62,205 bases of DNA, from positions 1-62,205 of the forward strand of contig JBKQWK010000018.1 of assembly GCA_052139595.1 (NCBI GenBank). The letters run 5' to 3'. The translations under genes and the position numbers were made by a program. Each line of letters begins with the position of its first letter. Position 1 is the stretch's first letter. This DNA is from Thermoleophilia bacterium. Its GTDB lineage: Bacteria > Actinomycetota > Thermoleophilia > UBA2241. A model generated the notes under the pieces. That model was not told where the DNA came from. It was given only the letters and a program-made list of their open reading frames with translations, and ran no database searches. This document shows positions 30,599 through 39,756 of this stretch, one piece after another.

Positions 30599-30938
30599 TT
30601 TGACGTAGACGGTCGCACAGCTATAACTCAGCTTATGCTCAGGACAACCTCAGCCTTGCCGGGCACACTGGTCAATGCCACGATGGCAAACAGAGTTCCA
30701 GAACAACAGCATCACGAGGAGAAAGACGATGAAAAGATCGCGAGCGCAACGATGAGTGCCGTCTGGTACGTCGCCGCTGCGGCGCTGGCTACCCTGGTCT
30801 GGCGGGCAAGTGCCCGCCGGCGCGCGAACGAGCCAAAGCCGATTGCCCAGCGTGTCGTCAGCGACGAGACGACGCAGATGACCACACCGGCGGCCGACGA
30901 AACCGTGTGGTAGCACCGCGGCGACAAGACGAAGACGC

Positions 30939-32528
30939 GTGAACCTGGCGCACAGCCGAGCAACGACGACGATCCGGGCACTCTTCGGCGCCCTCGCGAT
31001 CGTCGTCGTTGCCACTCTGGCGACCGCCTGCGGATCCGGTTCAACCACATCTACAGTGAACGCGACTGGCTCAAAGACCGGCTCCCCGGTGCCGTCGGCG
31101 CGCGCCAGCGGTTCGCTGGCCACCGGCAGCCAGCTGGCGACGTCCTCGGCAATCCCCCACGCCTCTCAGCAGTCCGACGTCTGGCACTTCGTCTCTGAAC
31201 CTTCGCTCCATCCGCCACGTGTCAACGTCACGGTCAACGCTGCCGGCACCGCCCCGGGCGATATCTTCGTGTCGCCGATGAGTACCACCATTACGATCGG
31301 CCAGGCCGCACCGATGATCGTCGACAACGCCGGTAACCCGATCTGGGTACATCCCTTACCGCCAGGAGTGGTGGCCACCAACTTTCGCGTCCAGATGTAC
31401 CGCGGCAAACCGGTTCTCACGTGGTGGCAGGGACGCATTATGCCGCAAGGCTATGGCGAGGGCATCGACATCATCGCCAACAGCTCCTACCAGACGATTG
31501 CCACGGTGAAGGCCGGCAACGGCTATCAGACCGACCTGCACGAGTTTGCTCTCACGCCACAGGGTACAGCGCTCATCAGCGGTTACCGGCCGCAAACGTA
31601 TGACACCACGGCCGTGGGCGGCTCGCGCAAGGGCACGCTGCTCGACTCAGTTGCCCAGGAAGTCGACGTGCAAACAGGACAGGTGCTCTTTCAATGGGAT
31701 CCGATGGATCACGTCCCCCTGACCGACACTCACGCGACGCTGTTCAAGGGCATGTGGGATCCCTACCACGTAAATTCAATCGAGCTTGGTTCGCACGGTG
31801 ACATACTCATTTCGGCACGCAATACGTGGACCATCTATGACGTGAATCTCAGAAGTGGCGCCATCGTGTGGCAGCTCGGCGGCAAGCAGACGAGCTTCAG
31901 GCTGTCGGCCGGTGTGCGCTTCGCCTTTCAGCACGACGCTCAGTTCGAGGGGCCAAACCTGATCAGCGTCTTCGATAACGAGGCGGGGCCGAACGTGGGG
32001 CCGCAGTCGCGGGCTCTTCTTTTGCGGCTCAGTATGACGACGATGACGGCCACCGTTGTGGACCAGTACACGCATGTTGGCGTGCTCGCCAACAGTCAAG
32101 GCAGCGTGCAGCTCCTGGCCAACGGCGACGTGTTTGTCGGCTGGGGGGCGCAGCCCGTCTATTCGGAGTTCACCCGCAACGGTCGCCTGCTCTACGACGC
32201 CCGCTTTCCCGGCGTTGATCAAAGCTACCGCGCCTTTCGCTCGCTCTGGGTCGGGCACCCGGCCGGCCGGCCGGCCGTCGCGCTGCGCGCGTCGGCCGGT
32301 GCAGCCGGCCATACGACCGTGTATGCGAGCTGGAACGGAGCGACACAGGTCGCGCGCTGGCAGGTGCTCGCCGGCGCCAGCGCCAATCAACTCTCGCCAG
32401 TTACGTCGCAGGCGCGCAACGGCTTTGAAACGGCCGTGACGACAACGGCCGCCGGCCCTTTCTTCGCGGTGCGCGCCCTTAATGCCGCCGGACAGATGCT
32501 CGGTACGTCGCGGACGGTCAGGGAGTAA
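30939..32528 (+). CDS. Arylsulfotransferase (ASST) family lipoprotein
   Basis: Lipobox LATAC-G. MWDPYHVNSIE and a repeated beta-propeller-like pattern typical of ASST proteins. Confidence 0.65.
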   Translation: MNLAHSRATTTIRALFGALAIVVVATLATACGSGSTTSTVNATGSKTGSPVPSARASGSLATGSQLATSSAIPHASQQSDVWHFVSEPSLHPPRVNVTVNAAGTAPGDIFVSPMSTTITIGQAAPMIVDNAGNPIWVHPLPPGVVATNFRVQMYRGKPVLTWWQGRIMPQGYGEGIDIIANSSYQTIATVKAGNGYQTDLHEFALTPQGTALISGYRPQTYDTTAVGGSRKGTLLDSVAQEVDVQTGQVLFQWDPMDHVPLTDTHATLFKGMWDPYHVNSIELGSHGDILISARNTWTIYDVNLRSGAIVWQLGGKQTSFRLSAGVRFAFQHDAQFEGPNLISVFDNEAGPNVGPQSRALLLRLSMTTMTATVVDQYTHVGVLANSQGSVQLLANGDVFVGWGAQPVYSEFTRNGRLLYDARFPGVDQSYRAFRSLWVGHPAGRPAVALRASAGAAGHTTVYASWNGATQVARWQVLAGASANQLSPVTSQARNGFETAVTTTAAGPFFAVRALNAAGQMLGTSRTVRE

Positions 32529-32658
32529 GAGAGAACCCGGCCGAGCCGGCGCAGCCCGGACACAGCCGCGAAGACACGAGCGGATGAGCCCTGACAGAAC
32601 GGCAGGAAAGCGAGCGCGAGTGGGGTCGCCCACTCTCGCTCGCCTCTCGCCGAGGCCG

Positions 32659-33825
32659 CTACGCGGGACGCCGATCGCTCGGCAGGAGTGACAAGACGGC
32701 ATCGTCGCTGCGCTCGTCGCCGCGCCTGACCAGGCCGTGCAGCGTGCCTTCGCGACGAAAGCCGCTGCCGGCGGCCACCTGCAGCGAGGCGCTGTTGCGG
32801 GTGTCGATACCGAGGTCAAGACGCGCCAAGCCCAGTTCGTCAAACGCCCACGCGGCGACAAGTTCGACCGCGCGCGTCGCAACGTGCTTGCCGCGCGCGC
32901 TGGGGTTCACACGATAGCCGACCTCGCCGATGGCGTTAACGAGGTCAATGTCGACGTTCACACCGCCAAGGAGAGCGTCACTCGCTGCATCGGCGATGGC
33001 AAACTGAGCCTGGTGAGCAAGCCACGAAGTGGTGACAAAGTTGAGAAACCAGCGACCCTCGTCTTCGCTGTACGGCCAGGGAATGTGGTTGAGCCAGCGA
33101 GCAGTCTCTTCGTCAATCGACGCGACCAAGGCCGCGAGGTCGTCGTCGCGATACGGCCGCAAGCGCAAACCGCTGCCCGCGAGAATCGGCGGCGCAGGAG
33201 GAAGCACAACGTCATGGCTCGCTGGCCGCTCGTGCTCCGCCGCAACCTCGGCTTGCTCAATGCCATCGACAAAGTCGGGGCCGACGTGCCACGACGGCAT
33301 CGGCAGGGCGTAGATGTAGTAGTCCGTGCGATGCTCGCCAAGCTGCCGATAACTGCGGTAAATGGCCTCGGGGCGAAAACCGACGGCCCGAGCGACCTGC
33401 TGGGCGCCAGCGTCAGCCACAGCAGTGGCCACTTCGAGCCGCTCCAGGCCGAGATCGTCGCGCGCCCACGCAGCCACCAACGCCAGCGCGTGCCGCGCGA
33501 AGCCGTGCCCGCGGCGCGCGGTACGCACCCAGTAACGAAACCGCCCCAGCGACTCGAGGGGATCTACGCCGAGCAATCCGATTGCGCCGACGACTCTACC
33601 GCTGGCGGCATCGACGATCGCCAGGTGGGCGTCGTTGCCGTCAGCCCAGGCAGCCTCGGCGTCACCGATCCAGGCCAGAGCGTATCCGAACGTGAACGGT
33701 GACGGCATGCCCGACCAGTAGCTGATTTCGGGCTCTCTGTAGCCGGCCACGACCGCGCGGGCATCGTCAACCTTCCACGGACGAACGATCACAACCTCAT
33801 CCGACAGATACGGCAGGTATCTCAT
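32659..33825 (-). CDS. Tandem GNAT (RimJ/RimL-type) N-acetyltransferase
   Basis: Two acetyltransferase cores (RRGHGFARHAL and ARGKHVATRAVEL). ATG at 33825 is preceded by an AAGGGGG Shine-Dalgarno sequence. Confidence 0.75.
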   Translation of the reverse strand: MRYLPYLSDEVVIVRPWKVDDARAVVAGYREPEISYWSGMPSPFTFGYALAWIGDAEAAWADGNDAHLAIVDAASGRVVGAIGLLGVDPLESLGRFRYWVRTARRGHGFARHALALVAAWARDDLGLERLEVATAVADAGAQQVARAVGFRPEAIYRSYRQLGEHRTDYYIYALPMPSWHVGPDFVDGIEQAEVAAEHERPASHDVVLPPAPPILAGSGLRLRPYRDDDLAALVASIDEETARWLNHIPWPYSEDEGRWFLNFVTTSWLAHQAQFAIADAASDALLGGVNVDIDLVNAIGEVGYRVNPSARGKHVATRAVELVAAWAFDELGLARLDLGIDTRNSASLQVAAGSGFRREGTLHGLVRRGDERSDDAVLSLLPSDRRPA

Positions 33826-33837
33826 CGTCCCCCTTCG

Positions 33838-33872
33838 ACTCCGCAGGCGCGCAGACCTCGCGCCTGCGGAGT
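33838..33872 (-). terminator. 14-bp GC-rich stem-loop between the Res gene stop and the GNAT gene start
   Basis: actccgcaggcgcg-cagacct-cgcgcctgcggagt with exact complementarity. No U-tract, so the terminator function is only inferred. Confidence 0.45.
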
Positions 33873-34074
33873 ATTGCCTGTCGCCGATGCCAATTGCAAG
33901 GGATTGCGTGCGTGCTGATCCCAGGATGGTTGTGCCAGGATGGCTGCGTGCTGATCCGGAGCCGCAGGCGGGGGCGAGCCGGTCGACTCGACGAGCCACG
34001 AGCCCGCGCGAAGTCGAACGCGGAGTCGGGAGCAAAGTCGGGCGCGAAGTTGGCGCGCCGCCGTCACACCCCGC

Positions 34075-37026
34075 TCAGACCTCGTTCGCACTGACGACGA
34101 CGGCAAACGGCACGCCGAGCGCCGCGAAGTGCTGCTGCCCACAACGTACCTTGTCTGCCTCGCTGGTGCGCAGCTTGAGAAAGTCACGTGTGCCCTTGGT
34201 CTCGCGTACGAGGTAGAGCGGTCCGCCATCTTCTTTGAGGATCGCCCAGTCGGGGTTGTACTTGCCGACCGGCGTGTCGATCTCAAACCAGCGCGGCAGC
34301 TTGACGAACAGCTTGATGTCGTCGCGCGCGTCGAGCTGACGGGCAAACTCGCGCTCGACCTCGGAGTCGTAGGCGACGTACTCATAGACCGAGTTGTGCA
34401 CCGGCAGTGCGCTCAAGTAGTTGACCAGCTCTTCATTCTTGAAGAGCAGCATCTGCCACTCTGCCTCGGTACCGGTGCCGCCAACGCGCTCGTACTTGAT
34501 GCCGTCGACGAGCAGGCGGTGCAGCTCGTGCTTGAGGATCGTCGCGACGGCATCGAGAAACTGCTGCGGGTTGTGAAACAGCTCGCCCACGCGGCCGGAG
34601 GCGCGCAGAATGCGCACCAGCGTCGAGCGCGTCAGCTCCGTCTCATTTTGCAGGTAGGCAAGCACGTCGGGGATCGGTTCGTCGGCGTGTTCGACGCGTT
34701 CTTCGGCGGCGCTTGACGGTGCCGCCGTAACGCCGCCCTTTTCGACACTGAGCCGGCCGGCGCTGACGCGAATACGCGGCTTGTCGATCGCCGGCATGAG
34801 CTTGATGGCATCGACAGCGTGCTTGACGAGTTCCTCACTGTCGAACTCAACGTGGTAGGTGGTCCTGGGCTTGATGCGGTCCCAGAGCGCCTTGAACTCC
34901 GGCGTGAGCGTGACTTCGCGACGCAGACGATTGGTCCTCTCGTCGCGGTCGCGGCGGATGTGGCGCTCGATCTTATAGGCCGAGAGCAGGTCGATGACCG
35001 CCGGCGCAAGCTCTGCGTGCGCCGGCGGCAGCTCAAGTGCGAAGCCGGCCCGCCGGGGGTCAAACGCTGGCTGGATGCGGCCGGCTGAGTCGAGCAGCTT
35101 CTGCTCGACAAGGGCCGCGCGTAGCTCTTCGGCGGCGGCGCGGCCGATAGGCTGCTCGCCGCCGTCGACCACGCGGCTGAGCTTGGCAAACGCGGTCAGT
35201 GGCACCTTGCCGAAGGTGACGCCACAGTCCTCTTCGTATTCGCTCTGCAGGGCACGGGCGAACTCCTCATAGCTTTCGTTGGCCATCACGTAGAGGCGAT
35301 TGATCGACTCATCGAAGACACGCTTGCCGTCCTGATCGACCGGCAGGCGCAAGCCGCGGCCGATCTCCTGACGCTTCTTGATCGCACTGCGCGTCTCATT
35401 CAGGGTGCAGATCTGAAAGACGTTGGGGTTGTCCCAGCCTTCGCGCAGCGCTGAGTGGCTAAAGATGAAGCGCAGCGGCTCATCGACGGAGAGGAGCCGC
35501 TCCTTGTCTTGCATGATGAGGGCATAAACATCGTCGTCGGCCTGCGTGTCACGGCCTTCGCGTGAATCCTTGACGACACCCTTCTTATCCTGGGCAAAGT
35601 AGCCGTTGTGGAGGCGCTCGACCGGTTCTTTGAGCCAGGCAAGCGCCGCATACTGCGGCTCGCGCGCCAGCGCCGCCAGTTCGGCCTCAAACACCTGGGC
35701 GAACTTGCCTTTGGCCGGGTGGCCGGCCTCGTCGTAGTCGCGATAGTTGGCCACCCGATCGACGAAGAACAGCGAGAGCACCTTGATGCCGCGCTCTCTG
35801 ACCTCGAGTTCCTTGTCGAGGTGACGACGGATCGTGTGCTTGATCTGTGCCCGCCAGATGTCGTCGCGCAGGCCGCCCATCTCTTCGCCCAGGCGCAGCG
35901 TGCGACCGTTGCTGAAGCGCACGAACTCGGCGCCCGGCTCGGCGTTGATCTCGGCGACCTCGAAGCCATCCGCGTAGGCGGCGCGCTCGCTCGACAGTGC
36001 GTAGAGGTCGGCGCCGCTCTTTACCGTCAGTGACTTCTCCTTGGGGCCGCCGTTCGTCTGCACCTGCAGACGCAGCTTGGCCTTGATACCGTTTTCGTAC
36101 TCGATGCGCTCGACGCGTACGAAGGCGTCATTGGCGGCGCCTTCGGCGACGGTGCTGGCGACGACGATCTGCTTGACGAGCTTAAGCTCAAAGGCGCGCA
36201 CCGGATCGAGCCGGTAGACGAGGTTATAGACGTTGCGGTGGGTGGCCGAGTAGCGCAGCGTGCACAGCGGGTTGAGCGCCCGGATCGCCTCCTGCGCCTT
36301 GTCGGTCGAGTCGACGCTCTGCGGTTCGTCGATGATTACGATCGGCCGGGCCGCCTGCACGAACTCGATGGGCTGGCGGCCCGAGAGCCGGTCGCTCTCC
36401 TTGTAGATCACGTTGCTCTTCTGCTCATCCTCGGTGCCGGTGAAGTTCTTGCGAAAGGCGTCAATGTTGATGATCAGGATCTGCAGCGTGGTGGACGTCG
36501 CAAACTGGCGCAGGCGGTTGACGCGCCTCGCGTCGTACACAAAGTGCTCGAACGGCAGGTTGTTATACAGGGCGCGGAAGTGCTCGGCCGTGATCTCGAT
36601 GTTCTTGAGCACGCCCTCGCGGATGGCCACGCTGGGCACCACGATGACGAACTTCTGGAACCCGTAGCGCTGCGAGAGCTCGAAGATGGTGCGCAGGTAC
36701 ACGTAGGTCTTGCCGGTGCCGGTCTCCATCTCGACGGTGAAATCGCCTGACGCCAACGAGGCCGAAGGACGCAGGCCGTTGCGAAGCTGGATATCGCCGA
36801 GGTTGGCCAGGATTTCTTCGTCGAGCAGGTGCAGGCGGTTGCCGATGCCCAGTTCGTTCTCCATGCCTGGCAGGCGAAGCTGAAGGCCGACATCGCTGGT
36901 GACGGTGAACTCCGTGCGGCAGGTCTCTTGGCCCTTGAACAGATCGCAGACGGCCTCGATGGCGTCTTTCTGAAAGCTCATGTGGTCATCGGTGTATGGG
37001 TTCTCGAAGTGCAGTTTCATGGTCAT
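34075..37026 (-). CDS. Type III restriction enzyme Res subunit (SF2 helicase plus PD-(D/E)xK nuclease)
   Basis: METGTGKTYVY Walker A and VIIDEPQS DEAH-variant box. Helicase C-terminal motifs (FIFSHSALREGWDNPNVF). C-terminal nuclease motif YNPDWAIL...LVRETKG. Confidence 0.9.
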   Translation of the reverse strand: MTMKLHFENPYTDDHMSFQKDAIEAVCDLFKGQETCRTEFTVTSDVGLQLRLPGMENELGIGNRLHLLDEEILANLGDIQLRNGLRPSASLASGDFTVEMETGTGKTYVYLRTIFELSQRYGFQKFVIVVPSVAIREGVLKNIEITAEHFRALYNNLPFEHFVYDARRVNRLRQFATSTTLQILIINIDAFRKNFTGTEDEQKSNVIYKESDRLSGRQPIEFVQAARPIVIIDEPQSVDSTDKAQEAIRALNPLCTLRYSATHRNVYNLVYRLDPVRAFELKLVKQIVVASTVAEGAANDAFVRVERIEYENGIKAKLRLQVQTNGGPKEKSLTVKSGADLYALSSERAAYADGFEVAEINAEPGAEFVRFSNGRTLRLGEEMGGLRDDIWRAQIKHTIRRHLDKELEVRERGIKVLSLFFVDRVANYRDYDEAGHPAKGKFAQVFEAELAALAREPQYAALAWLKEPVERLHNGYFAQDKKGVVKDSREGRDTQADDDVYALIMQDKERLLSVDEPLRFIFSHSALREGWDNPNVFQICTLNETRSAIKKRQEIGRGLRLPVDQDGKRVFDESINRLYVMANESYEEFARALQSEYEEDCGVTFGKVPLTAFAKLSRVVDGGEQPIGRAAAEELRAALVEQKLLDSAGRIQPAFDPRRAGFALELPPAHAELAPAVIDLLSAYKIERHIRRDRDERTNRLRREVTLTPEFKALWDRIKPRTTYHVEFDSEELVKHAVDAIKLMPAIDKPRIRVSAGRLSVEKGGVTAAPSSAAEERVEHADEPIPDVLAYLQNETELTRSTLVRILRASGRVGELFHNPQQFLDAVATILKHELHRLLVDGIKYERVGGTGTEAEWQMLLFKNEELVNYLSALPVHNSVYEYVAYDSEVEREFARQLDARDDIKLFVKLPRWFEIDTPVGKYNPDWAILKEDGGPLYLVRETKGTRDFLKLRTSEADKVRCGQQHFAALGVPFAVVVSANEV

Positions 37027-37030
37027 CCTC

Positions 37031-38983
37031 CTACAGGCTCCTCACGTTTTCCAGACCGTTCTGCTGGAGAATGGCGGCCAGGTTGGTCTTGGCAACGTCA
37101 TCGGCCTCCGGCGGCGCACCTTTCTTGGAAGGCCGAGTGAACGCGCTGTCGCGGAAGACGACCTGGGATTCACCCACGGGGGCCAGTTCCTTGTGCCACG
37201 CGGCGATGCCCAGCGCCAGCGATTCCACCTCGGCGGTGGCGATCTGTTCGGCGAGGCAGACCAGGAGGACACCTGCGCCGATGCTGTGGACCGTCTTGCC
37301 CGCAACGCACTTCTGCTCGATGGGCACGGTAAGGTCCAGGCCGAGCTTCAAGAGCAGCTCGAAGAGAATGTCCTGCTCTGTGCGGTCGGCCTTCAGGTGC
37401 TCGGTGTGCTCATGGAGCGTTGTCGCAAGGTTGTCGCGGTCCGGCTCCCACGCTCGGATGTTGCTGGAGGCCAGCTTGAAGACGCGGAAACCGAGGTCAC
37501 CCGCGAACATGGGGTTTTCTTCTCGGGTCTTCTTCCCCGCACGGCGCAGACGTTCTTTGCATACCTCTGCGAGATTTCGGGGTTTCTTCAGCTTGTCGCA
37601 GAAAGCGGCGGCCGTCTTCTGATCCTTGTTCTCCGGGTCAAGCGGCTCGGGAAGTTGCACAAGGATATAGCGTCTGGCTCCTCCGTCGTCCTTGTTCTGC
37701 CGAAGTACCGCGTGGCCCGTCGTCCCCGAACCAGCAAAGAAATCGAGGATCAGGGCATCTTCGTCTTTCTCGTCATTGATCGTGAGCGATAAGAGTTTTG
37801 CGATCAGGCCCACCGGCTTAGGAAACGAGAAGACGCCATCGCCGAGCAGCAGTTCCATCTCTTTCGAGCCCTCCTGATTAAAGGGGCCAATCATAATGGA
37901 GAGAGGCTTCATCTCTCGCATGTCACCGTTTTCGTCCTTCAGGTACTGTTTTACCCTGACGCTGACCTTCCCGTTCGTTTCATTGACGACGACCTCATCG
38001 TTGGCGATAGCGGCTTCAACTCGATCTTTAGCCCAGATCCACTGCTTCTCTGGCCAAATCTCGCGTCCGTTGATTGTGATCGGGTATCGAAGGTTCGGAC
38101 GGTCGTCTTTGCTGCTGGTGGCAAGTGGCTGCGTAACGAAGCCACCACGGGTCTTCAAGACGAAGTCCCGATCGAACGCGAATCCATGAGTGTTCAACGA
38201 CTCCAGCAGGTCCTCCATCTTCTCATCGGCGACATCCCAGCTAGCGCTCAGCAACGAGAACAAGAGATCCGACTTACCCAGTTTCGTCCCACCCGAGTTG
38301 GCGCGGATGAAGACTTCGACCACGTCGTCTTCCTTGTAGAGCGCAGGATTGTCGATGCTGTCCAGCTCCTGGTAGGTCAGAGCCTCGTCCATCTTGAACG
38401 TCCGGTCAATCAAATCCAGATGGTCCTTGAGCTTGTCGTTTTCATCCTTGGTCAGCGCAGGACCGGCGGCCGCCTGTAGGGAATCGAGCACTTCACGTTG
38501 TTTCTTGATGGTGAAGACGAGGTCCTTGAACTTCACCCAAGGGAAGGTGATAGAGGCAGGAGGCAGGAACTTGAACTTGTACTTCACGTCATCCGGGGCG
38601 GCGACCTCACCGCTCAAAATGTCAAAACACAGCTCTTTGCCCTCGAAACTACCGCACAGCCCAATGAAGAGGCTTTGCAAGCGCTGTTGGCCGTCGAGAA
38701 CGAGGCACTTCTTCTTGGCGTTGGTGGGCACATAGAAATCGCTCAGGCGGAGCGTGTACTTCCAGTTGTCGATGAACTTGCGATGACGGATTGTGCTCGT
38801 GGTCTTCCAAATCAACAACGTGCTGATGGGGTACTCGCGCAGGATAGAATCGAACAGCCTGCAAATCTGCTCTTCGCTCCAGACGAACGGCCGCTGGATG
38901 TTGGGAAGCCAGAAGCCTCCCTCCTCTTCGTCGTTGTTGAGAAATGTGACGATCTTCCTGATGGTCTGCTTCTGGTTCTTCAT
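37031..38983 (-). CDS. Fusion protein: N-terminal DUF262 (GmrSD-type ParB-like NTPase domain) plus the C-terminal half of a Type III Mod methyltransferase; no catalytic motif IV
   Basis: Residues 1-265 carry LPNIQRPFVWSEEQICRLFDSILREYPISTLLIW, DGQQRL and FIRANSGGTKLGKSDLLFSLL (DUF262). From about residue 270 come YPITINGREIWPEKQWIWAKDRV, FSFPKPVGLIAKLL and the SAM motif I LILDFFAGSGTTGHAV, as in beta-class Mod. No DPPY/NPPY/NPPF occurs anywhere in the 650 aa. Confidence 0.8.
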   Translation of the reverse strand: MKNQKQTIRKIVTFLNNDEEEGGFWLPNIQRPFVWSEEQICRLFDSILREYPISTLLIWKTTSTIRHRKFIDNWKYTLRLSDFYVPTNAKKKCLVLDGQQRLQSLFIGLCGSFEGKELCFDILSGEVAAPDDVKYKFKFLPPASITFPWVKFKDLVFTIKKQREVLDSLQAAAGPALTKDENDKLKDHLDLIDRTFKMDEALTYQELDSIDNPALYKEDDVVEVFIRANSGGTKLGKSDLLFSLLSASWDVADEKMEDLLESLNTHGFAFDRDFVLKTRGGFVTQPLATSSKDDRPNLRYPITINGREIWPEKQWIWAKDRVEAAIANDEVVVNETNGKVSVRVKQYLKDENGDMREMKPLSIMIGPFNQEGSKEMELLLGDGVFSFPKPVGLIAKLLSLTINDEKDEDALILDFFAGSGTTGHAVLRQNKDDGGARRYILVQLPEPLDPENKDQKTAAAFCDKLKKPRNLAEVCKERLRRAGKKTREENPMFAGDLGFRVFKLASSNIRAWEPDRDNLATTLHEHTEHLKADRTEQDILFELLLKLGLDLTVPIEQKCVAGKTVHSIGAGVLLVCLAEQIATAEVESLALGIAAWHKELAPVGESQVVFRDSAFTRPSKKGAPPEADDVAKTNLAAILQQNGLENVRSL

Positions 38984-39756
38984 GGGGCATCTCCTGCTAC
39001 GAGTCTTTGTTCAGCGGCGGCCAGTTCGGCTTCGAGCCGTTTGATTTTGAGATTCAGTTCCACAAGGCGGTTGATCTGCTTCTCCTTCTTCGCCTTGGCC
39101 CGCAAGACGGTCAGATCGCGCTGAAGCTGGGCGTGGGCGTCCAAGCCCTCCCGCACGGCAGAACCACGGTCGGTGGACTCCGGCGGCGCGAACGTGCCGG
39201 TGATCTCGGCTGCCTCCAGCGCCGCCACGCGGTCCAGCCAGCCCTGGTAGACCGCGTACAGGTTGCCGGAAGGCTGGCTGGCCAAAGGAAGACTGGCCAG
39301 GAACGCCGCTTCTTCCGCCGTGGGTGCGTCTGGCTGAAACGGGGCCGTGCGGCGGACGTCCTCGATCACCACCTTGCCCTTCTCGCCCTGCGACCAGCGC
39401 TTGTGGGCCAGCGACAGGCTGAAGGTATCACCGTGGGCGGTCACGAGCACGACCGGATAGGGCACCGCCCTGTGTATCAACTCGACCAACCGGGGCGGCT
39501 TGGCGGCGGCGCGCAGCACGACACTGAGCACGACGATTTCCAGGTACTCCCGTGCGTCGTCGCGGAAGATCGGCACGCCGATGTTGGTGGGCTTCAACGC
39601 CGCGATCCAGGTCAGCTCCTCGATGCCGTCCTGTAGGTATCGCTTGTCGGCGGGCGTGGGCGCGCCCTGCTCCAGCAGCAGCTTCTTGGGCACCCGCTGG
39701 TCCACGCGGGCGTCCGGCGGCAGCGCCAGGGCATTGATGAGCGTGGCGATGCTCAT
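38980..39756 (-). CDS. DUF4391-like protein
   Basis: The opening LINALALPPDARVDQRVPKKLLLEQGAPTPADKRYLQDGIEELTWIAALKP matches my memory of DUF4391 proteins found beside SNF2/Mod/Res genes. The C-terminus is a coiled coil. Confidence 0.55.
   Translation of the reverse strand: MSIATLINALALPPDARVDQRVPKKLLLEQGAPTPADKRYLQDGIEELTWIAALKPTNIGVPIFRDDAREYLEIVVLSVVLRAAAKPPRLVELIHRAVPYPVVLVTAHGDTFSLSLAHKRWSQGEKGKVVIEDVRRTAPFQPDAPTAEEAAFLASLPLASQPSGNLYAVYQGWLDRVAALEAAEITGTFAPPESTDRGSAVREGLDAHAQLQRDLTVLRAKAKKEKQINRLVELNLKIKRLEAELAAAEQRLVAGDAP

Noticed and set aside
31776-32882. 368-aa minus-strand ORF spanning the 3' half of the ASST gene and the GNAT gene end.
   Set aside because: It is antisense to the ASST gene, which has clear family motifs and a lipoprotein signal. 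Its product is Arg/Ala/Pro-rich with no motif.
38186-39124. Plus-strand ORFs (97-208 aa) opposite the DUF262 part and the DUF4391 gene, considered as a possible hidden antitoxin or methylase fragment.
   Set aside because: They contain no methyltransferase or other motifs. They lie antisense to well-supported coding sequence and cross the 38980-38983 gene junction.
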